Shown here: piece by piece, positions 47,629 through 61,127 of the stretch
Layout of the letters: every line of letters starts with the position of its first letter
How positions within the stretch are numbered: the first letter of the stretch is position 1
Assembly (NCBI RefSeq): GCF_004010195.1
Contig: NC_057720.1
Span: 17,444,037-17,508,036 of the forward strand
Direction of reading: 5' to 3'
DNA length: 64,000 nt
From: Chiloscyllium plagiosum
Taxonomy: Eukaryota
Made by a program: the position numbers and the translations under genes
Notes under the pieces: generated by a model
Seen by the model: the letters and a program-made list of their open reading frames with translations, nothing else
Database searches by the model: none
Told to the model about the DNA's origin: nothing

Positions 47629-48589
47629 TTTTTTTTCATGTATTTGAAAGTTAGTTTCCCACATATTTAAATAAAATCAACACAAATTATATTACATCTA
47701 TTGCAGAAAGGCCATTAAAGCCTTGTATGCATGGATTCACCATGATAATGCCAGAAATCATAAACAGTAGCAATGAGGAAATATTCAAACCATTTCTGCT
47801 GGCGCAAAAAGGCTGAAGAGATTTAATAGAGTTTTTATTAAAATTCTGATGGCTTTAATATGGTGGATAAGGTTACTTGAAAAGAATAGTCCATCTGGTA
47901 AGGAAGTCAGTGACAAGTTTTCATTGACTTCCAAGGAGAGAGATTAGAAGTTTCATTACACAAAGCATTGTTCAAGCACAAAGTGCTTTTTGGTAGGTAT
48001 TTGAAGCATACACCATTGCTTAGAAACTATTTAAACCAAAAAATTCACAAAATTGTGGCAAGAGACGAGCACACTAGAATTAACAAGGTGCCAGCACACA
48101 TCCCGAGATGAATAGCCACCATTGCTGTTAACTTTGAAAGTTCTTCATTTGCAGGACTCTTTCAGGCAGTCTCTTACTGGTTGGGGTAGAAATATTAGAT
48201 TAACTTAACTGTTCTGCCAGTCTCAAGTGGAGCACACAGCAGCACTATATATGTGGGACATTTGACTAGAAGTATAGAATGCCCTTACACTACATTCTCC
48301 ACCATGGATCATTCCCATGTAAGCACACTAAAAGTATCCTACTGTTCTTGGAAGATATGCAAGGCATTTATTTTTGCTGTAAATATGGAATTTTCATATA
48401 ATGGCAATCTGTACCCAAAACTGTTTTAATGAAAAAAGCTGATGCAACTCCTGAAAGTTAACAATTCAAAATAAAACTGAAAAGTATATTTGAATAAAGG
48501 CCATTGCTTTGAGGTGAGTGGATGTTCTGAATTCTTATTACATTGCTCTGAATTTTTATTACATTGCATTTGGAAATGCTTATTTTATT

Positions 48590-48850
48590 TGTATTCATTT
48601 CTGGGACATGTGCATTGCTGGCTAGTCCACCATTTATTGCCCATCCCTAATTGCTCAATAGACATTATTGTGCAACTTGAGTCACATGTAGGCTAGATCC
48701 AATAAAGACAGCAGATTTCTTCCCTAAAGGGCATCCGTGAGCCAGTTGGGTTTTTACAATAATTGACAATAGTAGCATGGTCACTATTAGGCTAGCTTTA
48801 TATGAATTTAAATTTCACCATCTGCTATGGTGGGCTTCAAAGCCAGCACC
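48590..48850 (-). mobile_element. tRNA-derived SINE (family of 1830-3050)
   Basis: atttattgcccatccctaattgc...gagtcacatgtaggc. Confidence 0.7.
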
Positions 48851-49539
48851 TAAAAATAATGTAGGCATGTAGAAAATCAGGTAGAATAAGAGTGAAGTTA
48901 AATGTGAGCTTACCATGAGTTACGATGTAGCTAAGTGCAAAATACCACTTTGGCTGTAATATAAGTGAAAATAAAAGTACAAAAAGTATATTTTTTTGCA
49001 GGTGAAGATTTATGTAATTTTGCAGAATGTTGATAATAATGATTGTATTTCCTACACTGGAAATTTCAGATTTTTTTGTGCATTATCACTCATTATATAA
49101 ACTGCTGCAGTTTGACATTTGAAGCCAAAAGGAATTTATTGTTGGATAGGTTTCATATATACACATATATGGAGTATTTATAAAACTTTTAAATGTAAAA
49201 ATAACAACAGTTGCTACAAGCCACAATTATGTCTTGATCTTGGTATCACCGAAGGGAATGCAGCAGCCTTCTCCGTTTGCTGATGCCATACGTTACCATC
49301 TCAGCAGGGAAAAGAAATTCATAATCCCACTTATTTACTGAAAGAATGAGACCATAATATCACATGCTTTAAAACAGAAGAAAGTTTAGGCTACAGGAGT
49401 CAAACAAAGCAGAGTAAATACTATAAGGGGAGGAATGATATAATGGTATTCTAACTACATTGTGAATGCAGAAACCCAGCTAATGTTCTGGGGACCCAGT
49501 TTGATTCTGCTGCTGGTATGCTGCTGCTGTCTTCTACCA

Positions 49540-50760
49540 TGAAATCTCGTGCAAAGTACCTATCCAGTTCCTTCGCTATTTCTTTGTTCCTAACTGTTAC
49601 TTCTCCTGTACAATGTCTACTTTCGCCTCTCTCTTAGCCTTTTTATGTCCAACAAAATATCCTGCAATCTTCCTTTATATTACTAGCTAGGTTACCTTCA
49701 TATTCCATCTTCTCCCCCTATTACTTTGTTAGCTGTCTTCTGTTGATTTTTAAAGGCTTTCTGATCCTCTGGCTTCCCATTAATCTTCACCATATTGTCA
49801 TTTTTTCTGTTGCTTTTATGCTGTCCCTGGCTTCCCTAGTCAACATGGTTACTTTGTCCATCCCTTAGTATGTTTCTTCTACTTTGGGATGAAGTTCTGC
49901 TGTAACCCCCGAATTACCCCAGAAACTCCTGCCAATGCTGCTCCACCAACTTCCCTGCTGGGCTCCACTTCCAATCAACTCTGGCCAGCTCCTCCCTCGT
50001 GTCTTTGCAGTTACATTTACTCAGTTATAATACTGTTACATCTGATTCCAGCTTCTCCTGTTCAAACTCAGGGTGAATTTATATTGTTGCCACTGCCCCC
50101 AATCAGTTCCTTCACCTTAAGATCTCTAATCAAGTTTGCCTCATTATCACCAAATCCCTAGTGGGCTCTACCACAAGCTGCTCCAAAAACATCTGATAGA
50201 CATTTCATGAATTCCCTTTCTTAGGATCCAATGTTACCCTGATTTTTCCAGTCCACCTTTATATTGAAGTCTCCCATGATTATTGTAATAGGATCTTTCT
50301 TGCATGACTTTTCTATCTCCTGACTTATTTTCTGCCACACCCTGACCACTGCTCGGAGTCCTGTCCACAACTCCCATCAGGGTCTTTTTACTTCTGTGGT
50401 TCTTCAACTTTACCCACACAATTCTATACTTCTAACCTTATATTGCTTCTTGCTGTTGATTTAATTTCATTTCTTAAAACAGGGCAGCCCCACCCCTTCT
50501 GCCTGTCTACCTGTCCTTTTGATAGGACGCGTTTCCTTGGATATTTAATTCCCAGTCCTGACACCCTTGCAGCCATGTCTCTGTGATACCCAGAACATCA
50601 TACTTGCCTATTTCAATCTGCGCTACAAGCACATTTACCTTGTAGTGTACACTGCATTCATTTAAGTATAGCACCCTCAATTCTGCTTTGACCCACTTCT
50701 CCTTATCTGCTGTGCCTAAAGTTAGATTTCTGATCCTTTTCATATTCTGTGTTTGATTTC
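49540..50760 (-). mobile_element. CR1 ORF2 endonuclease region relic
   Basis: LRVLYLNECSV...YDVLGITETWLQ and WVKLKN...TLMGVV. Confidence 0.85.
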
Positions 50761-51999
50761 CTCTGTCTGTGGGGTTTAGACTATCACAGTCAGGGATATG
50801 TACAGGGACTGTTTGTACAGATGTGAGGGGTCTAGGCAATTCTCATCCTGGGTTGTCCAGATTTGGTCACTCAAGGGAGTAAATCTGTAAATTCCGTCCA
50901 CAGAAACTGAAAGTAAAGGTGGATGGGGGACAAAAGGGGGCGAGGTGCTACTGCTAGAAGGCCAATTACAATCGAATTTATGGGGATTCAGGGCTGCAGG
51001 TTGAGTGGGGGTGCATGACAATTGTGAAACGAGACAACTGTATAATGGGGGGTATGGTAAAGCATGGATGGGAACAGGGTGATGTGATTGGTGATGGTGG
51101 CAGTAAGTGGGTGTGGAGGTGAGCAATGGAATTGTCCACAGTCAGAACCATTCTGGCTTTAAGTGGTTAGCGAGACAATATATGATCACACCTGGCATGG
51201 TCCCCTCGTATGCCATGAGCTAAGTGGGTGGCAGAGGTGGGCAGGTGCAGGTTACTGTAGACGGGTGGAGTGGAGAGCTGGGGATATGCAAAGGTTTAGA
51301 TTTATTTATGAATTGGAGATGCCGGTGTTGGACTGGGGTGTACAAAGTTAAAAATCACACAACACCAGGTTGGACTATAATCTGGTGTTGTGTGATTTTT
51401 AGATTTATTTAGATTTAGATTTTATTGTCATGTGTACTTAAGTTCAGAAGCACAGGAGTACAGTGAAAAGTGGGTAATGTGGCCACACATGGTGCCATCT
51501 TATTACTAAGGCACCTAGGTATAAAAAATTTAGGTACAAAATAGTAAGAGAAACAGAGTTAAAAAGTTAAGCATTACTTCATAGAATGAGTAGTAAAATA
51601 AAGAAATAAGGTAATAGTTAACATTAAAGTCTTTCTTAATTTAAACAAGGAAAGTAAAGGAATAAGTTAAAAGTTCAATAGTCTTTGATGAGTCCTCCAC
51701 TTACCTCGCTGTCTGGGAGACCTTAGTTGCCTGTTCTTGAAGCTGCTGCCAAAGGTACCATGGTTATTGCTAAAGCTGCTGCCTCTCTGATCTGTCCCAG
51801 TGCCTCAGGAACATGGCCTGGTCAGGACCCGCTTGCATGCCAAACCAAGACACTGCCATGAGCCGGACAATGGGAAGGAAAATGGCTGCAACCACACCTC
51901 AAGTGGGTGGGGTACATGACTCTATGTCTCAGGCTGTGAGAGGGAGGGTGGTGCTGCAAGACCCACTGATATGAGTCCTTTTAACAGAAAACAATGTTA

Positions 52000-53776
52000 C
52001 ACACAGACCCATGCTCTATACAGGGCCTGAATCCCCGGTGTTCCTAATGAATTAGCTCCCTGTGTGCTGTAAACCTCACCGCTCACACACTGCTGACCAC
52101 CTCATTCACACCAATACTTTTATACACAGAGGTAGGGGAAAGAATAAGGATGTTTTGGGTTCAGCATCAATGGTACCAGCAGAATCCCATGTATGTCTTG
52201 TTCCTCTAGCTTCTGCAACCTGTAGCAGGCTCTCCACATGGACATTGATCCATGGCACATCCTATATAGACATGAAGCTAGGCATCAAGCCACTTCAGTT
52301 ACATTTGGAACTATGCAGAGACTTGAATAAACAGATTTATTGCAAAGCCCGTAAACTGTATCCAAATGTGATACTTGCTGTATGGCGTACTGTCACTTGT
52401 GCCACTAAAGTGACCTCAGCAGAGTCTTTTCTTTCCTTCCCTCCCACTGTAGTCTGTGTTGTCCCTGGCTCTGCAGTGGTGGGTGGTGGGAGCCTGCTCA
52501 GCAGTACAGCCCTTTGACTCTGGAGGTTTGATCAGGTGACCCCGGAACATTTGTGTCTGGCTGGCCCTGACCAGCTGAGGTAAGTGCACTCTTCTTGGCC
52601 AAGAGTCCAAGATGGGAAGGCAGGTGGAGTTTGAAGGCCCAGGCACTTCTGGGTTGTCCTGAGACTTATGAGGATCCTGCTAATGGTTCCTCCTCTAGGT
52701 GGATGCCTCCAGGCACCTCCCTGTCTGCCTGTGAGGAAAAGGCACCTGCAGTGTGCATCAGAGTCCTTGTCCGCCTATCACCAGGCCTGGCAGAGCAGAC
52801 CATTTCTGTGCTGAGATGGAGGATCCCCGTGATACCCGCAAGACACTACAATAGAAAGAAGGCATCGTGGGCAGTGGTTAGAAGTGGTTTGTGATGAATT
52901 ACACCAACAGTGAGTTACTGTGAGAGTTAAAGAGGACTGAAGAGTGAGATGAAATTGGCTGGCATTGTCCCTAGTGCTGGAGCAGCAAGGACAAAGGTGG
53001 TGAGGGAGTGAATAGGCAGGGCAGAGGGCATATAGGGTCAGTTTGGGGTTGGCGGGGAGCAAGAGGGAGTGAGTGAAGATATTGCAGGCAGTTGTGAGAA
53101 TGGCAGGGCATGAGCCTTGTTGGGAGGTGGGTGCAGTAGCAGATGGTGAGCCAGCAGAGAGAAGAGTGTGACACTTATCCTGGCACAGGGCCTAGGTCTT
53201 TGACTTTCTGGTGATACTACAGGCCAATCCTCACCAGCCTGGAGATTGCACTGACCCAGATGGTGACCTCAAACTAGACTGCCAGGGTCCCGTGGTGTGG
53301 CCCCCTCTATTGGTCATGGGGGAAGTCCCTCCACTGTATCAGCCTCTCCAAAAGGACCTGCCAGTCCTGTCAGTGAAGCAAGGTGCCATTTTTCTAATAT
53401 ACTTGTTGGACGGAAGAGCAGGACCAAGGAGCTAAATGGCCTACTCCTGTTCATATTCTTGATGGTTTTATCTTTGACTTTCCAAGATGTTCACACTTTG
53501 ACTGTGATCGAGCAGCCAGTTTCAAAAAGCTGGTGCTCACCTGAGTGCAAACCTGCCTTTTCAAGATGACGCGTTGCTAGGGATGCTGATCTTCCAGTGG
53601 ATATCTGGTGAGTGGTGATAGATCAGACATGAGGGATACCCCGAGGGCTGGCTACATAATAAATTAAGTGAATTTTGTAAGATATGGTGAGAAATCACGC
53701 TAGGCCTCACACTGGAAAACCTTCCAAACACTTAACGTCAACTGGCACTTAGACAAAAAAATGTAAGATTCACCCC
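52000..53776 (-). mobile_element. Degenerate Harbinger-like element with Myb/SANT relic
   Basis: Minus strand 53170-53395 reads MAPCFTD..QVLLERLIQWRD...EVTIWVSAISRLVR...HQKVKDL across frameshifts; terminal aagattcacccc. Left boundary uncertain. Confidence 0.45.
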
Positions 53777-53889
53777 TTCGTCTTTGTCGTCTTTATCAGT
53801 TTACCTTTTCAAGTTCTGTTCGACCTCAAAAAAATATAAGTTTGAAACCCCAAGTTCTATTACACAAAGCTGAAGGCCATAACAACATG

Positions 53890-54275
53890 AGTTTTGAAGG
53901 ATGAGGGGGTGGATCTCATTGAAACCTACAGAATACTGAGAGGATGGATAGAGTGGATGTCAAGAAGATGTTACCACTATTAGGAGAGTCTAGGACCAAA
54001 GGGGACAGCTCCAAACAGAAGGGAGGATGGTTTAAAACTGAGATGAGGAGGAATTTCTTCAGCCAGACGGTGGTTAATCTGTGGAACTCATTGCCGCAGA
54101 AGCCTGTGAAGGCGAAGTCATTGAGTGTACTTAAGGCAGAGATAGATACGTTCTTGATTAGTAAGGGTTATGGGGAGAAGGCAGGAGAATGGGGTTGAGA
54201 AGCATATCAGACATGATTGAATGGCAGAATGGACTCGATGGGCCAAATGGCCTAATTCTGTTTCTACACCTTAGG
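53890..54275 (+). mobile_element. CR1 3' fragment
   Basis: FKTEMRRNFFSQTVVNLWNSLPQK. Confidence 0.85.
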
Positions 54276-54525
54276 AGTGCAGAAAGAGGAGGAGCATTGT
54301 TGTTGGATTTGGGATTGAATTCAGATGGTTTTAATTCACCCTTTTGGACAACACCGACAGAGCCCCTGAAACGCTGTGTTTAAAAACATGGGCATCTGCT
54401 ATGTATACACTAGGGGGACCCTAAGGATGAAAAATAAGGCATTTTAATCTTATAAGAAAAGGGCAAAAGGCCATTTGATTGTAAAGAATGTCCATGCTTC
54501 TATATTATTTTCTTCTCTCTTACAG

Positions 54526-54683
54526 GTACTCTTGGCGTTATCAGCTTCAAGAATTTAAGAGTGAATTTCGAGTGGTTGCAGTTGATTTACGAGGGTATGG
54601 AGAGTCAGATGCACCTATTGGTCGAGAAAACTACCAGCTGGATTGTTTGATTACAGACGTGAAGGACATTGTGGAGTCCCTCG
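54526..54683 (+). CDS. EPHX4: EPHX4 exon 3
   Basis: Acceptor tacAG. Encodes (W)[52 protein letters not shown], with the DLRGYGxS motif. Donor GTaagt at 54684. Phase fits exon 2. Confidence 0.95.
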
Positions 54684-55074
54684 GTAAGTTTCTGGGAAGG
54701 GTGCCTGGCTTTCACTGATATGCATTGTTCTGTGGCTACACTCCAGAGGATTTAGAGTGCTGCTTCCTCTATTTCTGATTTCCACAATTTATTTTTCTCT
54801 CACAAATCTCCCAGCAGAATTAAGATATTCTGTTTGCGCTGTAACCAATGGTGACCAAGTTCCGCTGTAGCACTTTGGCTTTGTTCTGTAGTCATGACTA
54901 ACTTCACAAGTGTATTGGGATCCAGGGAGCAGTGAGCAGGATCTACAAGCCTGAGGATTCAACAATGTATCAAGTCATTTTCATTCCAAGATAGAATTAA
55001 ATTCCAGATGCAATAGCCAGCGCATCCTTTTCTGCTGTTAATAGATAAACCTTAATTTATCAATTATGTTTATA

Positions 55075-55490
55075 ATAAGAGCATAAGATGTGGCAATACA
55101 ATTTGGCTTATTGAGTGCTCCACCGTTCGATTATGGCTGATACATTTCTCAATTCCATTCTCCTGCCTTCTACCCAACCCTTACTAATGAAGAACCCATA
55201 TCTCTGTCTTAAGTACACTCGATGACTTGGCCTCCACAGCCTTCTTCAGCAATGAGCTCCACAGATTCATCACCCTGCAGCTGAAGAAATTCCTCCTCAT
55301 TTCAGTTCTAAAGGGTAAACAATGCCCTCAGTTCCCTCATCCAGAAGCTTAATGTATAACATGAATAGTTGTGGTCCTAACACTGGTCATTGCAGAACGT
55401 CACTAGTCACCAGCTGCCATCCTGAAAAGGACCCCTTTCTCCTCATTCTCTGCCTTCTGTAAGTCAGCCATGCCAGTACCTCGTCCCTAA
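55075..55490 (-). mobile_element. CR1 fragment with internal deletion
   Basis: Matches 40060-40200, 42050-42180 and 42830-42960. Confidence 0.7.
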
Positions 55491-55576
55491 GGTAATTAGC
55501 CATAACCACAGAGACCACAGACGTCTTACTCCATTAGACAGAAAGGGAGAGACATACAGACAATTGGTTATATGGT

Positions 55577-56813
55577 AGGGCTTGAAAAGAGTAGTACTGT
55601 AGCCATCAACTGTCAGCGACCTCAGACACGTATGGAATCCATCTGCTCAATGGTGGGAGCCTTCCCTGTGCTGGGCTAGTGGGCTATAGATTCCCCACTG
55701 ATGGGCTTCAAACATGGACAGCAGTAGAGCAGTTTTGGGATTCCTTCACTATCTGTGAACCTGTCTCTGCAGTGCCTGGCTCTCCTGGTGAAGCTATAGA
55801 GGGTTTAGAGCTGCTAAACCTCTGTGACACTGATTAGATTAGGTTAGATTCCCTACAGTGTGGATACAGGCCCTTCGGCCCAACAAGTCCACACCGACTC
55901 TCCGAAGAGTAACCCACCAGGACCCGTTTCCCTCTGACTAATGCACCTAACACTATGGGCAATTCAGCATGGCCAATTCACCTGACCTGCACATCTTTGG
56001 ATTGTGGGAGGAAACCGGATCATCCAGAGGAAACCCATGCAGACACGGGGAGAATATGCAAACTCCACACAGACAGTCGCCCTAGGCTGGAATTGAACCT
56101 GAGTCCCTGGTGCTGTGAGGCAGCAGTGCTAACCACTGAGCCATCGTGCCATACCAAAGAGATCCCAGTGTCGAGAATTGGGCAAGGTAAGGAGGTGGGC
56201 CTCCATGAACTACTTTAGCTGGTACAGGGTCTGAATGCACACTATTTGTTCCAGTCTTTATCCAACTGAGTGCCCCCACCCCTACACTTTTGAAAAAAAA
56301 GAATATTTTTGGCACTTTAAAACATTAAGCTGGATTTTCCCATGGGCTTCAGGACCCCATTGTCTTCAGGACTAAAAGCAGATTCCGAACCCAGTCTTGC
56401 TGCAGTACAGCCTGCTCAGTGCTTGATCAGGAGGCAGCCTCCTCATTCTCTGTCTCCACACCCTTCATCTGATGAAAGATAGTGGGTGGGTCCTCAGTGT
56501 CACGGAGGTTTGGCAGCTCTGCACCCTCGATAGCTTCACCAGGAGAGGCAGGCACTGCAGAGACTGGTTCACGGATAGTGAAGGAATCCCAGCACTGAGG
56601 TGTCCTCACATGAACAGGATTCATGTCAAAAGGCCCATGGAAATGGAGGAGGAGACCCTTCTACTGTTGTCCATGTTTGAAGCCCGTCAGTGGGGAATCC
56701 ATAGCCCACTAACCCAGCACAGAGAAGGCTCCCACCATTGAGCTGATGGACTCCACACGTGTCTGAGGTCACTGACAGTTGATGGCTACAGCATTACTCT
56801 TCATTTCAGCCCT
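55577..56813. repeat. Long inverted repeat (arms 55577-55833 and 56494-56813)
   Basis: The left arm ctgtagccatcaactgtcag...ctgtgacactga is the reverse complement of the right arm tcagtgtcac...ctgacagttgatggctacag. About 60 bp are missing from the left arm. Confidence 0.9.
55834..56155 (-). mobile_element. HE1-type V-SINE
   Basis: Same head, core and tail as 9970-10278. Confidence 0.88.
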
Positions 56814-56975
56814 CTTTGATCAATCCTCTTCCCAACCCCCCAAAACAGCAGCAGTAGCTTGGAAAATAATCTTCACTATTTTCCAAGCTGTCTCCCTGCT
56901 GTTTCCCAGGCCACCCTCTCCACCATCACACCCAACTTCCCATCCCCTCTTCATGAGCCAGGAAAATTCAGTCCC
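56326..56975. mobile_element. Harbinger-like MITE
   Basis: Imperfect TIRs gctggattttcc / ggaaaattcagtccc, with TTA/TAA nearby at both ends. Confidence 0.5.
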
Positions 56976-58694
56976 TTAATGTGTAACAAGTGACAGTTAT
57001 TCTTAAATATTTTAATATAGAACAGAGATAATTTAAGTACCAGCTGTGCTAAGATTTGGAAATTGTGCACTTCCTTTTTTATCACTGAGTCACAAGTGGG
57101 GCGTGTAACTTAATAATTCAATTATAGTTTATATTACAACTGACACTACAATGATAAGATGGCAAGGTTGGTAGTTTGGTGCAATGAGGTTAGATGGATT
57201 GGCAAACCTCCCTCAACCCAACCTATCGTATGATCCTGGGAAATATTTAGATTTTCTGCAAAATTATTTACTTGCATGAAAAAGTATATTTTCATTTCTC
57301 AACTGAAATTTCAGAGCTAACTCACAGTCTTTGATATTTTGGATATGTGCAATGGAGCATATTTCCAAAGATCCTGTGTGGGCTTATTGCCCAGCTAGTA
57401 TTAAACTGAGGCTTCCTCCAGCTCCCTCGGTGAGATAATAATTGACTTAGTTGTTGCTTTCAATTGCTAAACTTTAATCTCATACCACTGTATTAAATTC
57501 CTGCTGAAAGTTGCAGCTTTCCAGTCTTATGGACGATATTTGACTTGGCACCAAAATTATGATTTCCTCCTCACCATTAAGTTGGTGTTAATAATGTTAA
57601 ATTTCCAGAATTCTAATCCAATTTGCTTGTTGTCTCATGTCTGCACTTGTTCAAAGGACTATTAAAACATAAATATCAAAATCAAGGCTTAACTTTAATT
57701 AAAGTTATATGTCTTGGCAATCAATTTGACAAGTAAACCTAATACCTCTGGAGGTGGCTGCTGCTGCTTGTAAAGACATGTATTCTTTGACCTCCAAGTC
57801 CTTAAACACATTTGATAATAATTCAAAAAATATCTTTGGGTTTTGATTTTCAAATTAAAAATATTACCCACATTTTACAGTTAAAATTTCAAAGGTGCTA
57901 ACAGCACTCAGCATTAATAAAGTATAAAAGAACTCCCACAGATGCTATTGTGGGATTCAAACCCACATCTCCACACCATTGACCGGGAATTATGGATGAC
58001 TCTGTCGAAGCACGGATGAATGGGGCCCAGAAATGTCAGTGCAAGCCTCAGTGCTGGTCTCCTGAAGCCATTCCCACTGGCACCCAGTTTCACAGAAATG
58101 GAGTTCGAGGCTGGTGGATACCCTCCAAACAGTACATAGATGATTTGTTAAACAGAACTGAAGGAAGCTGATTGTAATTTTCCAGTTGGACACCAGTGTC
58201 TTGCACTGTCGTGACCAGTTTGGGCACCTGGAGTATTTGCTGGGTGGTTCTGGACCATTGTTTCAGGCAAACCTAGGGGTACTGCCTGGATGTGAGACAG
58301 CTACAGGCCTGTGGAGGTTTTCCTCCTCTACCTTCCCCACAGTGGTGGCCTATCTGCAAGAGCCATTTTATCATTAAAATTATTTCAAAATTGCCAGGTG
58401 TTGACATCTCCATGTTGAAACATGCTCACTGTTAGTTAGTCACCACAACCTGTATCTCCCTCTCCAGCTGGAAAGTCTCTGATTGGCTGGTTTGGGGGGG
58501 GAGTATGCCCGATACCTCAATCATTCAAGGAACCTGGCTCCATGCTAATTAAGGAGGGCATCTCCTTAAGACTCCCAACAGGTAACTGTTCCTCTCCCCG
58601 ACAGTATGGGTTTGGGACCCAGAAGCAGTGCTGATTTTGTTTTCTGCTCGTGAAGGAAAAACCCTATCTCAGTCTGGGATCTTCAGTCTGATTA

Positions 58695-59017
58695 GCACAG
58701 GGGCTCAGCGGTTAGCACTGCTGCCTTACAGTGCCAGGGACCCGGGTTTGATTCCGCTCTGGGGGGACTATCTGTGTGAAGTCTGCACATTCTACCTGTT
58801 TTTCCTCCGAGTGTTCCAGTTTCCTCCCATAGTCCAAAAATGCGCAGGTTAATGGATTGGCCATGCTAAATTGCCAAGAATGTGCAGACTAGGTGGGTTA
58901 GCCTTGGTAAATGCAGGGTTACAGGGATAGGGTAAGGGTGTGGGTCTGGGTAGGATATTGTTTGGAGGGTCAGTGTGGACTCGATGGGCTGAATGTCTGC
59001 TTCCACACTGTAGGAAT
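58695..59017 (+). mobile_element. HE1-type V-SINE (diverged)
   Basis: gctcagcggttagcactgctgcc...cccgggtttgattcc head and V core. Confidence 0.8.
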
Positions 59018-59244
59018 GCCAAGCCTCAAATCCCATGTAGAGAGTAATGCACTGAAGTGCATCTCTAATCACTGCATCTTCCAGTATAAAGTCCCAAAGT
59101 AAATCTCTGGATGAGTGTAATTATAATGAATGCTTGACACCAATGATTCAATATTGACTGCAAAATTTGTACCTTGGAAGCCTGTGTGATATATATTGTG
59201 TTTCTCTATTGACAGGTTCCCAACTGTCTGTTGCTATGTGTTTA

Positions 59245-60225
59245 GTCATAGAGTTATACAGCATGGAAACAGACCCTTTGGTCCAACTTGTCTGCACTGA
59301 CCAGATACTCTAAACTGATCTAGTCCCATTTGCCAGCATTTGGCCCACATCCCTGTAAACCCTTCCTATTCATGTGCCCATCCAGAAGCCTTTTAAATGT
59401 TGTAATTGTACCCACCACTTCTTTTAGCAGCTTGTTCCATGCACACACCACCCTCTACATGAAAATGTTGTCCCTCAGGTCCTTTTTAAATCTTGCCCCT
59501 CTCACTTCAAACCTGTGCTCTCTAGTTTTGTCTCCGCTACCGTGGGAAAAACCTGTGCTCTCTAGTTTTGTCTCCGCTACCGTGGGAAAAAGACCTATTC
59601 GCTCTATCCATGCCTCTCATGGTTTTATAAACCTTTATAAGGTCACCTCTCAGTCTCCGATGGTGCAGGAAAAACAATCCCAGTTTATTCAGCCTCTCCC
59701 TATAACTCAAGCCCTCCAATCCTGGCAACATCTTTGTAACCTTTTCTGAACTCTTTCAAGTTTATCAACATTTTTTCCTAAAGGAGTGAGACCAGAATTG
59801 AATGCAGTAGTCTAAAAATAGCCTCACCAATGTCCTGTACAGCCTCAACATGACAGCAAAACTCCTATACTCAATGCACTAACCAATGAAGGCAAGCATG
59901 CTAAATGCTTTCTTCACCCACCTTGTCTACCTGCAACTCCACGTCCAAAGAACTATGTACCTGCACCCCTAGGTCTCTTTGTTCAGCAACACACCGAAAG
60001 CCCTCTCATTAACTGTATAAATCCTACCCTGGTTTGCCTTATGAAAATACAACACTTCACATTTATCTAAACTAAACTCGGTCCGCCACTCCATCACGCA
60101 TTGGCCCATTCGACCAAGGACCCGTTGTTATCTGAGATAACCTTCACTGTTCAATACACCATTAATTTTGGTGTATTTGCAAAATTATGAACCATACCTT
60201 CTATTTTCACATCCAAATCATTTAT
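59245..60225 (-). mobile_element. CR1 3' fragment with internal perfect 40-bp tandem duplication
   Basis: LSYRERLNKLGLF...LRGDLIKVYK; duplicated unit at 59511-59550 and 59551-59590. Confidence 0.88.
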
Positions 60226-60464
60226 GCTAAATACTGTCTGTATTATTTGCATGAGGCTAAGATTGAAGTTTCCAGGGTTCTAAAAGACCAGTGAACATCT
60301 TAATAAACAGCTTTTCATGGAAAACTATGTTGTGATTTTATTTGTCCTCAAGGACCAAGGTATGATGGCCCTCCTACAGCACAGCCTGCTATAGCCAACA
60401 ATACCAAGTTGCAAAAGGAGCAAAACCTTCAGCCAAGTGCCCTGGTTGATATGGGTTTAGAAAG

Positions 60465-61123
60465 TGTTATGGACCAGACAAAACCTCTCTCAAATATGTC
60501 AAGGAGATAGCCTAGACCTTAACGTTTTCTTGTTTAAAGGCAAGTATAAGGTGTGTTCCAAATGCATTTCAATTGGTTACACTACTCAGCTTTAAGCAAA
60601 ATGCACTTTATTCTTACAGTGCAATTAAAATACAAGCAAAAGAAAGAAGAATTGGTCTGACTTTAATTCTTTTGGAAAACTTAACAGAATATTAGATTAT
60701 TTAACTACTAAACAGCAACTATTCCAATATAGTAACATACCATAAACACACTCTTGGCAAAGGCAAATTCAGTAAAATAGTCTGTCTCACACGCAATGTT
60801 TCTCCAGCCCAGGAGGAAAGAACATCAAGAGAAAACTCTGGCAGAGAGAGAGAACTCAAGTGTTTTGCTCCAGCAGGCAGAGATACTTAGCAGCTTCAAA
60901 ACCCCAATAATTACTGTAAGCTGAACTAAGACCCTGGTTCTATGGGAACCTGTCTCCACCCATTCATGCTGCTTCTATTGTTCCAACTTTTTAAAAAGAC
61001 CCCAAGGCCTCACAAGCTGTTTAGTTTATTGGTTTGGAACAGACTACTCAACACGTCTCTCTCAACCTGTTTTCACAAACAAAAAGCCATGACAAAATAC
61101 ACCTTTTAAATAGTATTGTCACA
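60465..61123 (-). mobile_element. Solo LTR with 4-bp TSD
   Basis: TGT...ACA termini; AAAG at 60461-60464 and 61124-61127; AATAAA on the minus strand near 60607. Confidence 0.7.
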
Positions 61124-61127
61124 AAAG

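Noticed and set aside
48526..48567. 21-bp tandem duplication
   Set aside because: Two copies only; ordinary slippage, not an array.
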